A DNA stretch of 64,000 nt from the NCBI RefSeq assembly GCF_009914755.1, contig NC_060937.1; one strand, given 5' to 3'. Of the stretch, positions 1 to 15,519 are shown one piece after another. The number at the start of each line of letters is the position of its first letter. Positions within the stretch are counted from its first letter, which is position 1. The notes below the pieces were generated by a model, which had not been told where the DNA came from, did no database searches, and worked only from the letters and a program-made list of their open reading frames with translations. A program made the position numbers and the translations under genes. The DNA is from the human T2T-CHM13v2.0 reference genome, Homo sapiens.

Positions 1-39
1 TCAGTTTTCTTACTTACAAAGCAAGGATAATAACCCCTA

Positions 40-875
40 ATTTAAAGATAGATTTAAATACACATTTCTCCAAAGAAGATATATAAGTAGACAATAATAC
101 GTGAAAAGATGTACAACATCATGAGTCATTAGGAAACTGCAAATTAAAGTCAGCATGACATATACTTTATATCCATTAAAATGGCTATAAAAAGGGGAGG
201 ATAAAATTTGCTGGCAACGGTGAGGAGAATTTGAAAGCATCATATATTGCTAATGGGAATGTGAAATGATGCAACCAGTTTGAAAAACATGTTTTGAGTT
301 CTTTAAAATGTTAAAAATAGAGTTACCATATGACCCAGCAATTTTACAGATATTCTTAAGGGAATTGAAAATATATGTCCACACATAAACTTAAATGCCT
401 ATGTTCACAGCAACATTATTCCTAACAGGCAAAAAATAGAAACAACTCAAACGTTCATTAATTGATGAATGGATAAAATAAAATATTGTGTATTCATATA
501 AAAGAATGCTATTCAGCTGTAAAAATGGGAAGTATTGATATATGTTACTACATAGATGATCTTTGCAAATATTATTCTACATGACAGAGGCCAGCACAAA
601 AGGCCTCATATTAATTCCATATGTATGAAATTTCCAGAGTAAGCACATCCATAAAGACAGAGAGTACATTACTGGTTTCCAGATGTTAGGAGGAGAAGAA
701 AATTGGGAAGAGGTGGTAATGGGTATGCATTTATTTTAGAGGGGCATAACAAAAATATTCTAGAATTAGATAGTGCTTATGGTTGCACATCTTTGTGAAT
801 ATACTAATAAGCACTAAATTATATGCTTTAAAAGGGTCAGATTTATAGTATCTGAATTATACCACAATTAGAAAT
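40..875 (+). mobile_element. Old L1 (L1MB-like) ORF2 end and 3' UTR fragment
   Basis: Typical L1 3' sequence: cacatttctccaaagaagatata, tagagttaccatatgacccagcaatt, ending tttatagtatctgaattataccacaat. Boundaries approximate. Confidence 0.8.
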
Positions 876-1014
876 GAGCAAAAGGAAAATAATCATGTGG
901 ACTCAAACTAACACTAGAGCAAAAATAGCAATTTAAACAATGAAAATAAAAGGTAAATTAAGATACACAATTATTTTCAATATACCTTGTTTAGATTACC
1001 ATCAAAACAAAGAA

Positions 1015-1385
1015 ACTTTATAAAGGACATTTTTGGGGCAATTACAGAAATTTTAATATAGCTACTATGTAGGTGATACAGAATTATTGTAAATGTATTT
1101 CAACATGAAATGATATTGTAGTTATATAAGAAAATATCTTTGTTTTTCAGAGATTTATAGTGAAACATTTAGAGATAAAATGTTATGATATCTTGGATTT
1201 GCTTTAAAATACTCCAGTGAAAAGAAAAAACTTAAAATACCAATGTACAAAAACATAAATAATTGTTAAACCTAGGTGATGTATATAAATATATAATGGT
1301 TCATTTTGATGGTTTATATATGATGGTTCATATTTTTGGTCCTCTCTGCTTTTATGTTTGAAGATGCTCATAACAAAATGCTTTT
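1015..1385 (+). mobile_element. Old L1 (L1MC/L1ME-like) 3' end fragment
   Basis: ggatttgctttaaaatactccag and ggttcat...ctctctgcttttatgtttgaa resemble L1MC/ME 3' termini. Confidence 0.55.
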
Positions 1386-3091
1386 GAAAACCTTATGAAA
1401 TTTTAGAATGTTAAGATGTTAAGATCTTAAATTTTATTGTATAATATTTTCTATAATTGACAATATGTTTGCTGCTTTAAGTTTCTATGGCATCTGTTTC
1501 TATCTCATTGGTGAGCAATTATTAGAAACAAAAAAGAAAAACAGTAAGTACAAAGTACAATCAATAACTCTGATCTTAAATTTCCTCACTCATAATAAAC
1601 ATATATACAATGACTCTTTGAGGGACATAACTTTTAAAATAGAGATCCAGTCTTAGACCACTGATAATAGTAGCTTTTCCTCCATTCTTCTTTGTTTTAT
1701 ATTGGTTTACATGTCAGTCTTAGGATTTTTATTATTATTTCATGAGGATCTCACTTTTAAATGCACAGTGGACTAAGACATAACACTTCAGTTCTGCACC
1801 TGAGTTTTTGCAAATCTACATTTGTTCCTGAGAATAATATTCTGAAAGTACAAATACTGTTTAATGGCTAAAATCAGTTATTACTTACTGCGTTACCCAT
1901 ATTCTTTTTCCACTTTTTAGCCAGGACTCAAAAATATGCCTAAATTCCTGTCACTAGCTTTAAAGCAAGGTTATAAAAGTTACGTTAAACTTCCCACTCA
2001 TATTAAGAAATGCCCTTTATTAAAATACATTATTTTTGTTTTTTAATAAAATATCAAGGTTCTGATTGCTTGGGAGACGTCTTTGTTATAAAAATAGATG
2101 CTCAGATACTAGTGTAAAATTTTATGCACAATATTCTCCTCAGGAATGTCAAGCAATCAAAAGAAATGATTACTTCTCTTAAGTGCTACATAAAGTTCGT
2201 AACCCTTTTCTTTTCCTTACCTTTCTCCTGAACTACAGTTTCTATCTGTTATTATCTTTTCTTCAAACAACATCAAATAAACCTTTTCCATATCACCATA
2301 GTACCTCAATTTCGCATTCTTGAAACAGAAATCGAACTGAGAAAGTTTCTCTTTGCTCTTTCCTATCTGTAGCATTTCTACGTAAAACATTTGCTCTCCA
2401 CTGTGTTAAAGGTACTCCTATGAGTCTTAATAGTCTACCTGAATACAGTTTTGTGTAAGTTTAATATGGCTTAAAAAATGTGAAGCATTTATCTGAGCAG
2501 AAAATAAAATAAAATAAAATAGAAAAGAAAAAAATGCCAGTTACTGACACTTTTGGAAAACATAAAAATTTTGGATTGTCAAATATATTAAGCTGTTTAT
2601 TAATTTAATTTAGTATATAGTATTGACTTTAACATAATGTTATTAATAACACTGAGAACATTACTAATAGTGAGGTTGTATCATTATTATTATGAGAAAA
2701 TAGAGGCAATAAAATAATCCATTCCTCTTAAATTCAAAAAAAGCAAAAGTCTCAACCTTTGAAAAATTGTACTTATATATACTTTTTAACTTTGAAAAAA
2801 AATACTGGGAATTTACTTTTACTTTTGAAAAAAATAGTTCACAAAATGAGCAAAGTGGTCTGAATTAGATAGAGAAATAAATACATAACGTTAAATTAAG
2901 AGAGTCTATATTTGAATTTGATATTTAATTAGGATATAGTACTTAAGAGTAATAAATTAAAGAGGTCCTCTATAGCAAAAGACTCATTATAAGAAAAACA
3001 CCCTACATAGCTGTAGGTGCTTAAAATATAAAATCGTATTCCTATGTAACATAAAAATCAGATTCAGGCCAAATAAGCATGGAGGTTCTTC

Positions 3092-3615
3092 TGTGGCAGA
3101 GACTGCAGCAGGTTCAAGATGGCAAGAAATTCATTGACTCTACTTCTATCAAGTGATGTGTTCTCTCTCTCCTCCCGTTCAATCTGAGGGGGCTATGTAA
3201 CTGCTTTGAGCACAAAAATATGGCTGAATGGATGCTGTGCCAGTTTCCAGGCCCTGGACTTAAGAGCCTGACAAGTTTCACTTCCGGCATCTTGAAAGAC
3301 TTGCTCTTGGGACTTACAATTCCTGTGTGAGAGGGCAGGCTACCTGCTAGAAAGAACATGAGACGAACACAGAAACTTCATGAAAAGAGAGCTGGACCCA
3401 GCTTTCCAGGCCAGTCATATTAGTAGTCATCCTCCATACCAGTCCAGCCACCTGTAGCACATCACATTCTAAACACAGTCAAAATCATGTAGAGTAGAAT
3501 TGGCCAGCAGAGCTGCTCTTCTCAGTGAACTACAAAATTATAATGTTTAACAAAATATTTGCTTGTTTAATCTGTTAAGTTGGGGGATGTGGTTCATTAT
3601 ATAGGAAAAAAATCA
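3092..3615 (+). mobile_element. MaLR solo LTR (MLT1H-like)
   Basis: Starts tgtggcaga; contains aatctgagggggctatgtaactgctttga and cagtttccaggccctggacttaagag, characteristic of MLT1 LTRs. Confidence 0.6.
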
Positions 3616-4601
3616 GAGCAGTGACCATACCCATTCAAACTTGCTGTTCAGTTGTTCTCTTCAGGGAGTTTCTATACAACTGCCCACATGATTGGCACCA
3701 CACCAACCATCACATTCAGATTTTTCTAACTAAAAAGGGTGAAAGACAAAGGACAGGACGCATCCCTTTCCTCAATGTCATGATGCAAAATTTCACAATA
3801 TTACTTAGCTCCCACCTGTGGAAATATGATAAAATATGTTTATATTTCTGCGGTTTGGGCTTTCTGGACAAACTTTCAGAAACTTGGGCCTTGGACTAAA
3901 ATGACAAGTCTTAGATGTTAATTTACCACTAAAATAATTTTTAAATTCAGAGATTAATTTCATTCCATATGTGTGTTTATATTTAGAAGAATTTGAGACC
4001 AAGGATCATGGAGACATATCAAATTTGTAAAACTGGAAATATGAGCCTATTTTCCATCTAGAGATATTTATTTACATATTAAAGTGTTAGAATAAAGGTC
4101 CTTCCCATTAAGTTTCAAGGTAACTCTCAGAAAGGGAGAGGCAATAGCTGCCTTTTTTTCCCTACAAATTCCCCAAATTTATTTTTTTCTGTATTTCTAG
4201 CCTAAAATGTAGACTTCTTGTGTTTATGTACAATCATTTTGTACTCAGGGATGAGAACTGAACACGAGGAATCCAAACGGCTATTTGCTGGCAAGTGAAT
4301 AATAGTCTCCTATACTTCAGAAACATTTTAACATTCTTAAACTCTATTCACTAAAAATTCAAAAGCAAATAAATATTTTCAATACTCTAACCTTGAGTAC
4401 AGTATAAATCATTAAATTTTCAGGCTCCCTTCAATTTCATTATTTGCGTATGTACACATGAAGTGAATTCAGATAAATGTTAAAATTTTATTGTGATGAA
4501 CAATTATAACTTTTCTATTATAAAAAGGAAAAAAGCTATTAAAATATCTCAGTCTGAAAAAATTATCTTCAGCAAAATTATAAAAATATATTTTTGGATC
4601 T

Positions 4602-4920
4602 GGCCTGGTGCAGTGGCTCACACCTGTAATTTCAGCACTTTGGGAGGCCAAGGAGGGCAGATCACTACAGGTCAGGAGTTTGAAAACGGCCTGTCCAACA
4701 TTGTGAAACCCCTTCTCTATTAAAAATACAAAAATTAGCTGGGTGTAGCGGTGAATGCCTGTAGTCACAGCTACTCAGGAGGCTGAGGCAAGAGAATCAC
4801 TTGAACCCGGGAGGCAGAGGTTTCATTGAGCTGCTATCATGCCACTACACTCCAGCCTGGGAAACAAAGTGAGATTCCAACTAAAAATAAAAAAGATTAA
4901 AAAAAATAAAAATAAAAATA
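4602..4920 (+). mobile_element. Alu (AluS-like), full dimer with A-rich tail
   Basis: ggcctggtgcagtggctcacacctgtaat, aaaaatacaaaaattagc linker, tccagcctgg, A-rich tail. Confidence 0.95.
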
Positions 4921-4949
4921 TATACACACATATATTTATATATATATAT

Positions 4950-5400
4950 AATCTTTCTATAAAATTGAAAGAACAAAGAAAATCACTTATAAGAATGCTG
5001 TAAGTACCATTTTCACTCTTATATCACTTTCATTAAATATCACAAGTCAAGTAATTAACATCAAAAGAAATATTGTATTATCCAAGATTATGTATGTCAT
5101 AATATATATGACAAAATAATATACTATATAAAATAGTATAATACAATAATAGATCCTATAATATACTATATTATTTTGTTATATATTATTATATTATGTT
5201 ATATAAAATATAATATACTATATATCATATTATTATATATTATATTAATATATATTTTATATATTCTCAGATAATACACTATTTCTTTTGATGTAAATTC
5301 TTTCAATTGTGGTGTTTAATGAAAGTGAAATGAGTGAGAATGGTATGTACAACATTCTTACAGTGATTTTCTTTGTTCTTCCAATTTTATAGAAAAGATT
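4950..5400. repeat. Long imperfect inverted repeat (~140-bp arms at 4950-5091 and 5260-5400) around an AT-rich core
   Basis: Left arm aatctttctataaaattgaaagaacaaagaaaatcact...catcaaaagaaatattgtattatc matches the reverse complement of right arm gataatacactatttcttttgatg...agtgattttctttgttcttccaattttatagaaaagatt. Confidence 0.9.
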
Positions 5401-7104
5401 GATAATTACAAAATGAATTAAATATTAAAATCATTAATAAAAGTAGATAACAGTATTAAAAATTACATTTTATTTTATTTTACATAAACTCCAAATCAAT
5501 TAATTTTTTGAACAACATACATTTTAATTCAAGGGATGTGAAAAATACCAGGTCTCATTATAGGATAATTTAGCTAAAAAAGATATAAGAAAATAAAATT
5601 CACAGTTTTTCATGGAGAATATTCATCAACATAATAGACATTTGAAGTTAATATTGTATTATCAGTCATGTATTTATATGCTTCTATGAATATTATTCTT
5701 ACATATAGCTTATGATATCAATGTAAAAATTTCTCTAATAGCAACTATTTTGAGCCTTTTTTTTCTGTCATGATTACTTTTGTCATGAGTTTACAAATCG
5801 GTACATACTTACTTAGTGTCATACTCATTTCAAATGTAATTTTTACTTCAATAAAATTTCTGTTAGTGCATTTGATTTCCAATGCACTTAAAGTAATATT
5901 CTGCCACTGTTTCATCAAAGCAATTGAATCAATATTTCTAGGTCATACTGTCCTAAGAAAATTCAACTAGCAATATTAAATTATAATGAAAAGAATTATT
6001 AAAAATTGTTATATATTTATTCCTTCATTATGTCATCTGGTTTTAGAAACTTATCCTTATTTATAACTAAGGTATAATAGCAAAGAGATTATATATATTT
6101 TGTATAGTCATAATTTTTAGACTTTAAGAAAGCCTAGACACTCATATAAAAATAAACAGTGTTATTCAATCTCAGAAATGAAATTTTAATAACTGAAAGG
6201 AAATGGACCCATAAAGAAGGTGATGAGACATGTTTTTTGTGATTTATTTCAGTCCTTCCTGAAATACATTTCTATGTCACTAGAAAAATATTTGCAAAAA
6301 AAAAATGAGTATTTTTCTTTTATCGAAATAAAATGTTCTTTCAAAAAAGGACCTCTTTCATCATTCGTATAGGTTTTATTGCAATTCTAATTTACCTAAA
6401 TGATACACACACATAAATTATCACTGCATACATTCACTTTTTGTAAAGAATTTTTTTTTCTCTAAAATGTAGATGGTGGACCTGAAGAGAAGATACACAG
6501 ACACATTTTATCATTTACAGTGCTTTCACTTGCAAGAGTCAGAAATCCATCTAAATCCAGCTTAAATGATTGAAAAAGCTAGCATAAGTGGATTATTTGT
6601 GGGTGCAAGTTAATCTATTATTTTTTCAACAATGTCATCAAAAATAAGATTTATCTCTGCTTGTTGAAACTGCTCTGAAGATTTCAGCATGATGCTAACA
6701 TGACCTCTGTGACCACACACCTTGAGATTCAAATGGGAGAAAGCTTCTCTTCCTCTTTCATCCACCACATATTGTGAGTTCAATACATTTGAAACATGTT
6801 AAGTTGCATCTCCTTTTATGGGCAAATAACTGTAGAATATATATGGCAGAAGAGAAAGATGGCAATATGTGTTAAAATACTTGATTTATGCCAGTTATAG
6901 CCCCCCTTGGAAGAATGCAAAGACTCAGTCTCATCTAAAAGTCTGGAGTATTCCACTAAGGAAAGGATGAAATAAATTCTGGGTAGAAAACTGCAGTGGC
7001 TAAACAAAGATGTGCTCTGTCTATCAGTGCTAATATTTTCAGTTAAAAAAAAAAAAAAAAAGTAGAAACTGACCAGATGAAAGCGTAATTATGAAACTAA
7101 CTCA

Positions 7105-8689
<1,585 letters not shown>

Positions 8690-8690
<1 letters not shown>

Positions 8691-10090
8691 AATAACTATT
8701 GAACTGTAATTAGCAAACAATTCTGAAATGACTTTCTTTGTATTCTAAGCTTGAGCTAATACATAAATCTATAATGAATAATCAGAGCTAGTTTTCTTTA
8801 TAGTAGAGAATAAAATTACAAGTATAAAACAGGGAGTGCTAGAACATACACTGTGGTATTTAATTGGAATTTGATATATAAACTTATATTACTGTATATA
8901 GAATATATATTATAAATACACACGAACATGTATGTATTTACATGTATATGTGTGTATATATATATATATAATGAAATTATATGTAAAAATAATCTTTGCA
9001 CTGTGAAGGCAAAGGAGCAATGTCACAGCAGAGCACCTTGAAGAGAAGGCTGATTCAAGGACTGAGGTATGAAAAAATTCAAGATAAACTGGGAATTTCT
9101 TGTAACACCAGAAAGAATATACTGTCTCAGGCATAAGGCAAACATTAAAAGGACACAAGAGACAACTTCAAGAGATTCTCACTGGCCATATCAGGAAGAA
9201 TTTAGTTGTCAAAATGAATAATGGATTATAAACTCTGGATAAAATTAAAATCCCTAAATGTGTATGATATAAATGAAAATATAAATAAGTAAATAAAGAC
9301 TGATAATATTAAATAAATGTGTGGAATATAGAAAATATCAATAGAGGTTGAAACTACTCAGGTAATTTTGATAAGTAAAAGATAATTTGGACTCAGATAT
9401 CTTCTGGAGATTATCTATTATAAAAAGACAAGTATACATTTATGGTGCAGATAACTGGTAGGCACCACTTTAACCATGTGATCACCAAAACTGGGACAAA
9501 CCTTTATAGTGTACTTCCTGATAAAGTGCACCTAGAAGAGCACAAAATCAGAATTGTGTTCTTTGTTACAAAAAATATCTAACATGAATCTAATCAGTAG
9601 GAAAGGAAAGCAAACTCAAATTTGTGGGCCTGCAACAAAATAATAGTTTGCACTCTTCAAATATATCAGGTTCAAAAAGCCAAAGCAAAGTTGAGAAATG
9701 TTTATAGATTTTTTTGGAGAATAAAATGACAACACAATATTTACTTCTGGATTATATTATCACATGAAAAAAATAGCTATAAAGGAGATTATTAAGGCCA
9801 TTGGTTCTATTTTAATGTGGACTATAAATTAGATGATAATATTGTATCAATATGATTATTAGCAAATCCACCATAAACTATTTAGGAGTAAACATGTAAA
9901 ATGTCTCCAAATTACTGACTTACCTGTCTGTTTATCTATCATCTGTCTTCTAGAAAATAAAGCAAAGGAGACAACTTGTTTTTAAAATAATGCAAATCTG
10001 GATAAGGTGTATCTACAAATTTATTGAAATATTCTTGAAACTTCTCTACATTTGAAATTATATCAGTATTATAAGCTACAAAAACAAACA
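8690..10090 (+). mobile_element. L1MC-type 3' UTR fragment
   Basis: tttcttgtaacaccagaaag, ggcaccactttaaccatgtgatca and attcttgaaacttctctacatttgaaatt resemble L1MC/MD 3' UTR. Confidence 0.55.
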
Positions 10091-10989
10091 AAATGAGTAG
10101 TTTTATTAAATTTCATCTAGTCTCTCTATTTAAAAAAAAAATGATACTGAGTATAATACATGAAAACTCATGGCAGGTAGTTAAAAGTGGTGCCAAGAGA
10201 GAAACTGGTACCGTATTTGTCCCTGCAATGTTCCATCATCAACACTTACCACAATTCTATGCCTTATTAATACATTTGGTTGTTTTATAAGAAGATGATT
10301 CTGTATAGGTAGGGACTAGACAGTGAGTTGAGCAGAGAAATAGAGTGGGGTGAGCAAGAAAGAGATGGGCAACCTATTTATGTTGGGGGGAGTTAAGACT
10401 CTTACCAATACACTTAACTCAAAATTGGGATTTGTTAGACATTATGTAAAGGTTTTTGTTCGAATTATTTAATTAAATATTGTTTTGCCTTTATTTCATT
10501 ACCTTTATTTTCACTTCCAGAGCTTGTCCATTAGCTATCACTAAGTAATGTATTCCTTCCTATGCACACATCAGAATGTTTTACTTACAATTTAAATTGT
10601 TTTGGTAATTCGTACACTGTTGATTGCATTATATTCAATGTCTTTAAGGGGCTCCTAGTGTCAAAGTAATAATATCAGTAAGTTGAATTGCAGAATCCAA
10701 GTCTCTGCTTTATATTTGAGAGTATTTTTATAAATTTTCTTCATTGTACTGAAATGGTACATTAAAGAAAATCAAGTTATTCTTAGACCATTTATTTTGT
10801 ATTTTGGAAAGCATAAATGTGATGATTACTTCTGTAATATGGTGATGTAGGTGTCCTACAAAATATGGAACCACAAAATATCACACAATAGCTAAACTTT
10901 TTAATGCGTTCACTTCTTCTATTCCTTGCAACAGCAGTTACCTTGAATTATCTGCTGTACAACTTAGTATCACAGTCACCACTTTATAC

Positions 10990-11415
10990 ACTCTTCTCAG
11001 CGTTGAAGATCTTTACAATAAACCGCATTTCTCAGGATCACCTTTCCCAAACCACACTGTGTTAGATTCTGCTGACAAGAGAAAATTTGGAAGGTAAGAA
11101 AAAGAGTAATCATTTTTTTCTTCAAAAAAACAGTTATAGGTAGATATGTAGACACAAGGTAAGTTCTTTCGAATCAACTGCTTTGGAGCTGCCAGAAGCT
11201 ATGGGTGGCTGAAACTGCACCCATTGAGTCTGTGGAGATAGTCTGCAGATGTCATGTGGCTTCCCCTGTAAATAACCACTTTCTACCAGTTGTTTCCTTG
11301 ACCTTCACTATCTTTCCAACAATTATGTTAGCTTCTAATCTCCTGAAATAAAACACTTTGTATTTAAAAGAACAAGAGTTTTTTTCCGTGTTCCTTACAC
11401 AATCCTGAATTGCAT
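10990..11415 (+). mobile_element. Possible ancient ERVL-type LTR (LTR16/LTR33-like)
   Basis: Ends aataaaacactttgtatttaaaagaacaagagtttttttccgtgttcct, resembling ERVL LTR U5 ends; weak match. Confidence 0.3.
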
Positions 11416-12441
11416 GAGTGGTATAATAGAGTTAGCTAAGTGTTGGGTCTCAGCGGGCATCAACCTATCAGATCTTCTCTTCACTAAGGTTGAATCTTGG
11501 TCTGGTTACACCCCTAGTCAAGTCTATTTTTAAATTAACGGCATAAACACTGGATTCAGGATAGCAATAATCTCTGCCTCATAAATCTGTTGAGTGAAGG
11601 AAATGTCTCTCTGTGTGCATGTATGGAATATTATATATTTCCAATTTACACCCAGAAAAAATAATCGTAATTAAATGTTATAGTTGGTTATTTTATTGCA
11701 ATTAATTTACAAAAGGTTTTCTCTAATTAGCATATGCAATTCCCTTTAACCACAGCTAGATTGTGTTTTCACTTTTATTGTCTCTTCACCTCCTTATAGT
11801 CACAGCTATCTCTGATTATATATGCTACTGTCAACTTTCAATTGCACATACTTATTTATAACTTTTTATATGTGCTCATTTACTTATCTCTGAAAGCCTA
11901 TTTTCTTCTTCCTGTTTACCCAATACTATTTTTTTCTGAAAGCCTAACTTCAAGTAATTCACATATTTGAGCAAAATATCAAAAAACTATTAATTCATTT
12001 TAACTGCTCCATAAATGTATTTTTCAGAATAAACTCTAGTGACCATGTCTCTTATTTTTATGTATTTCCAGTAAGTTTTCATGACATCTGTTCCACTTGA
12101 ACTTTTGAATGTAAGGTAGATTAGTTTTGTTCATAAAAATGCAGTTTGTTTTGTGTCTGTGTTAATCTCGCAAATAAATAAGTCATTTTATAATAAAGCA
12201 AAAAAATTAAAGCAAAAAGAAAAACAAACATAAAACACGAAAGTCAAAACAAAACAGAAATGACCAATAAAGCTTTGTTTTATTTTTAAAATTATTATTC
12301 AGTACTTACCACATGTATATGCAGATAGCAGGTGTTCAATATACGATTTTTAATCAAGTTGTAAAAGAAGAGCAAATATAATTATGTTTCAAAATATTTT
12401 ATTTTTTATTGCTCAAACTCTGTTTCTGTAAAGGTGGGATG

Positions 12442-12443
<2 letters not shown>

Positions 12444-12481
<38 letters not shown>
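12444..12481. repeat. (TG)19 microsatellite
   Basis: Perfect TG dinucleotide run. Confidence 0.97.
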
Positions 12482-12485
<4 letters not shown>

Positions 12486-13294
12486 CAGTAAATTCCAAAA
12501 TTTGGTTCCAGGGATTGGTTTGGAGTGTTCACAGTTCCTGATAGGCCAAATTAGTAATATCAAAAGATGATATGGGACACTTAGAAAAGTGAATGTGCTA
12601 AAATATTTCAAATTTCCAAATAATATTTCCTACAACTCTTGTTCTTTGTCAAATTGGGTAGGAGAGTAATGATACTCTATCAGAGGACAGACTCAAATTT
12701 CAGAAGACTAATAATCTTACAAAATTCATATAAAAGTCCCTCTGAGGAGTCAAGTTTATTGGTGATAGGATCTGATTTACATGGCTTTGAGGGATTCATC
12801 CATCCATCAGATCCCTTAATGTGGTATATGCTTCCTCATTCATCATTTAGATTACTAAAAAAGGGAAATGACTAGAGGAAGAAGAAGTTTCATAGGTATA
12901 TGATGTGCTATCACATCAAATTGGCCATGAAAAAGACATACATAGAGTGTTTTGAGATTGTAAATAGTGATGGTCTTTGTCTTTGTGATTGTGGCATTTG
13001 TGTGACAGATGATGTAGCTTTTCACCAGCCTATTATTAGAAGAGGATTTCCAATGCAGATACACTGAGGTTTAATTTGAGATAACTGTGCTTCCACTCTC
13101 TAATATAATTGATGATACAAAAAGTTTGCTAATTTTAGAATCTGACCCTTTAGGCATAAGAAAATAATGGAAAAAAATAACTGTGTTTGTCTAATATACA
13201 CAATCAGATCCATATTTTAGGAAAATTCATTCTTTAATATGAATTTTACCTTAGTGATACCTACTTGTCATTTCAGCCAATGTTATCTATGGTT

Positions 13295-13620
13295 TCACAG
13301 ACCATAAGCTGCCAAACAAAGCATCCATCATCTTTTCTTACAGAGAGAGAGCCCTAATTTTCTATTAGGAAAATACCCCCTAGAATGAAAGACTGCATGG
13401 CCAACCTTCTTTACACAAGACTATGTGACAAAGTTATGATTTTACTAATTGTAAGCAAAACATTTTTAAGACACTGGGAAGGCTAAAGGGAGGTGAATCA
13501 TCAGAATGGCCTCCCTTTACTCTTCTCTCTTACCTTCTTCTTCAGTCATGTAAATCAGATATGATGGCTGAGTAACCACCTAGGTTTATATTATGAAGTG
13601 ATATTAAGGATTAAAGTCAT
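13295..13620 (+). mobile_element. Degenerate MLT1 (J/K-like) LTR
   Basis: aagactgcatggccaaccttct...ctatgtgacaaagtt and atatgatggctg are MLT1-like. Confidence 0.4.
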
Positions 13621-14471
13621 TAACTGCATATTTCAATGTATTTTTAATATTTTATTTAGAAATTAATCACTTTGGGTATATGTTTGTATAAATGGTGTGT
13701 GCATGTGTGCAAGTGTCTATATGTATTTGAAAGACACTTCTTTCTAAATATGTGTATAATTTAAATTGTTTTTTCTTGCATATAATCAAAAGTCTAAAAT
13801 AATAGTGGATTGAAGAAAATAGACATTTTTTTCTCTTATGTAAAAATGTCCCAAGGTTTTCAGGCCTGTGTGAGGGTTCCAGGGTATCTTTTGTCACCCA
13901 AGTTTCAATAATTTGCTCCATCAGTTTTATAAGTAACTATTGGAACACTGCTGTCTGGAAGATTTTAGAAAGATAATGGACAAAATATGAAAGGCTTGAA
14001 TTGTTCTAAATGAGAAAATACTGTTTATTATTATAAAATGATCTTTATTATTAAAGATCGGTATAGTTGTCAATTTTATCCATATGGGAGATGGTATAAA
14101 ACCTTTAGAACAGTGCAGGGCAAATAAAAAACACTATGTCAGAATAAGTAAGGAATGTATCTAAGAAACTGTTTCTCTGAGTATCAATAATCATCATGAA
14201 TCCAGAGACTATTTTTCACTTAGGTTTTCCAAATAATTTTGGCACAACTAATTAAATTAATAATAAAGGTCAGTCAGACTGACATTCTGTATAATCATAA
14301 TATTAGGCAACAGAATTGCAATTCAAAATGTAAAAGTAAGTATAAGAAAACAATTTCAACAAAAGAAAATTGACAGGGTTAAATAACCTCTTCATTCAAA
14401 GTCGCTGATACTTTGACTCATACCAGAAAAGCCATTTAAAAGAAATATCTTTTTTTAAAATTTTACTTTAA

Positions 14472-14582
14472 GGATTATAAATCATTCTACTATAAAGACA
14501 CACACACGTATATTTATTGTAGCACAATTTACGATAGCAAAAACTTGGAGCCATCCCAAGTGCCCATCAAAATAGACTGGAA
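14472..14582 (+). mobile_element. Short L1PA fragment (ORF2 3' end)
   Basis: ggattataaatcattctactataaagacacacacacgtatatttattgtagcacaatttacgatagcaaaaacttgga matches primate L1PA. Confidence 0.8.
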
Positions 14583-14651
14583 ATATATTTTAAACCATAA
14601 TACCACACAAACCTCAGCCTTTCAAGGAGTTCACAGCTATAGGCATTTTCT

Positions 14652-14952
14652 GGAAAAAAAAGAAAAAAAAAAGAAAGAGGAAAAGAGGAAAGAAAGAAAA
14701 GGAAAGAAGGAAAGAAAGAAAGGAAGAAAGAAGAGAAAGAAAGAAAGAAAGGAAGGAAAGAAGAAAGAAAGGGGGAAAGAAAGAAAAGGAAGGAAGAAAG
14801 AAAGAAAGAAAGAAGAAAGAAAGAAACAAAGAAGAGGGAGGGAGGGAGGGAAGGAAGGAAGGAAAGAAGGAGGGGAAAGAAAGAAAAGAAAGAAAGAAAA
14901 AGAGAGAAAGAAAGAAAGAGAGAGAAAGAGAAAGAAAGAAAGAAAAGAAAAA
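14652..14952. repeat. GA-rich compound microsatellite (AAAG/GGAA/GGGA)
   Basis: 301 bp of purines on the + strand with a single C (14827). Confidence 0.97.
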
Positions 14953-15519
14953 TTCCTGTGTTCAATCGTCTATTAGCTTCTTTTCTACCACAAGCTTAAT
15001 ATTCAAAGATGTGAGCAATGAAAACAATGTAAACTTATTTGAAATAATTTACTTGCATTTATAATGTCTTTGGTAAAGCTCAATTGCTATTCATATTTAT
15101 AAAAAATTAAATTTTTGTGTTATTCCTAAAGATGTTAATTTTTCCAAAGTGAAAACACTACATGCTTTTCCTCAATGCATTGCCATCTATCATTAGTTTT
15201 TGTTTATAGGCTGTTAGTCAGTTTCAGTCCATGTGACAGTGCTCATATACAAACCAATTGTAATTAATAGTTTGCTAAGATTTTTGAAACATGGCATCTA
15301 GTGATTTATTAAAGCCAACTTATATTACATCAAATGAATTAACGTTAGTCACTAATTATATCAAAATAAGCAATCTATTTTTTTCTGACATTACTTATTT
15401 CCCATCCTTTTCCCTACACTGAATTTTATTATATAGTGCAGTATTTCTATCTTTTTCTTTTCCAAGTCTTTTAGCTTTCTAAATAGGTAGTTGTCAAAAA
15501 TCACTTTGTTTGCTCATTG

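Noticed and set aside
4469-4768. ORFs with Alu-type peptides (also 7649, 20393, 22355, 61271)
   Set aside because: Alu translation artefacts.
14545-14976. 143-aa K/E/R-rich ORF and antisense F/S/L-rich ORFs
   Set aside because: Translations of the GA microsatellite, which cannot contain stop codons; not a gene.
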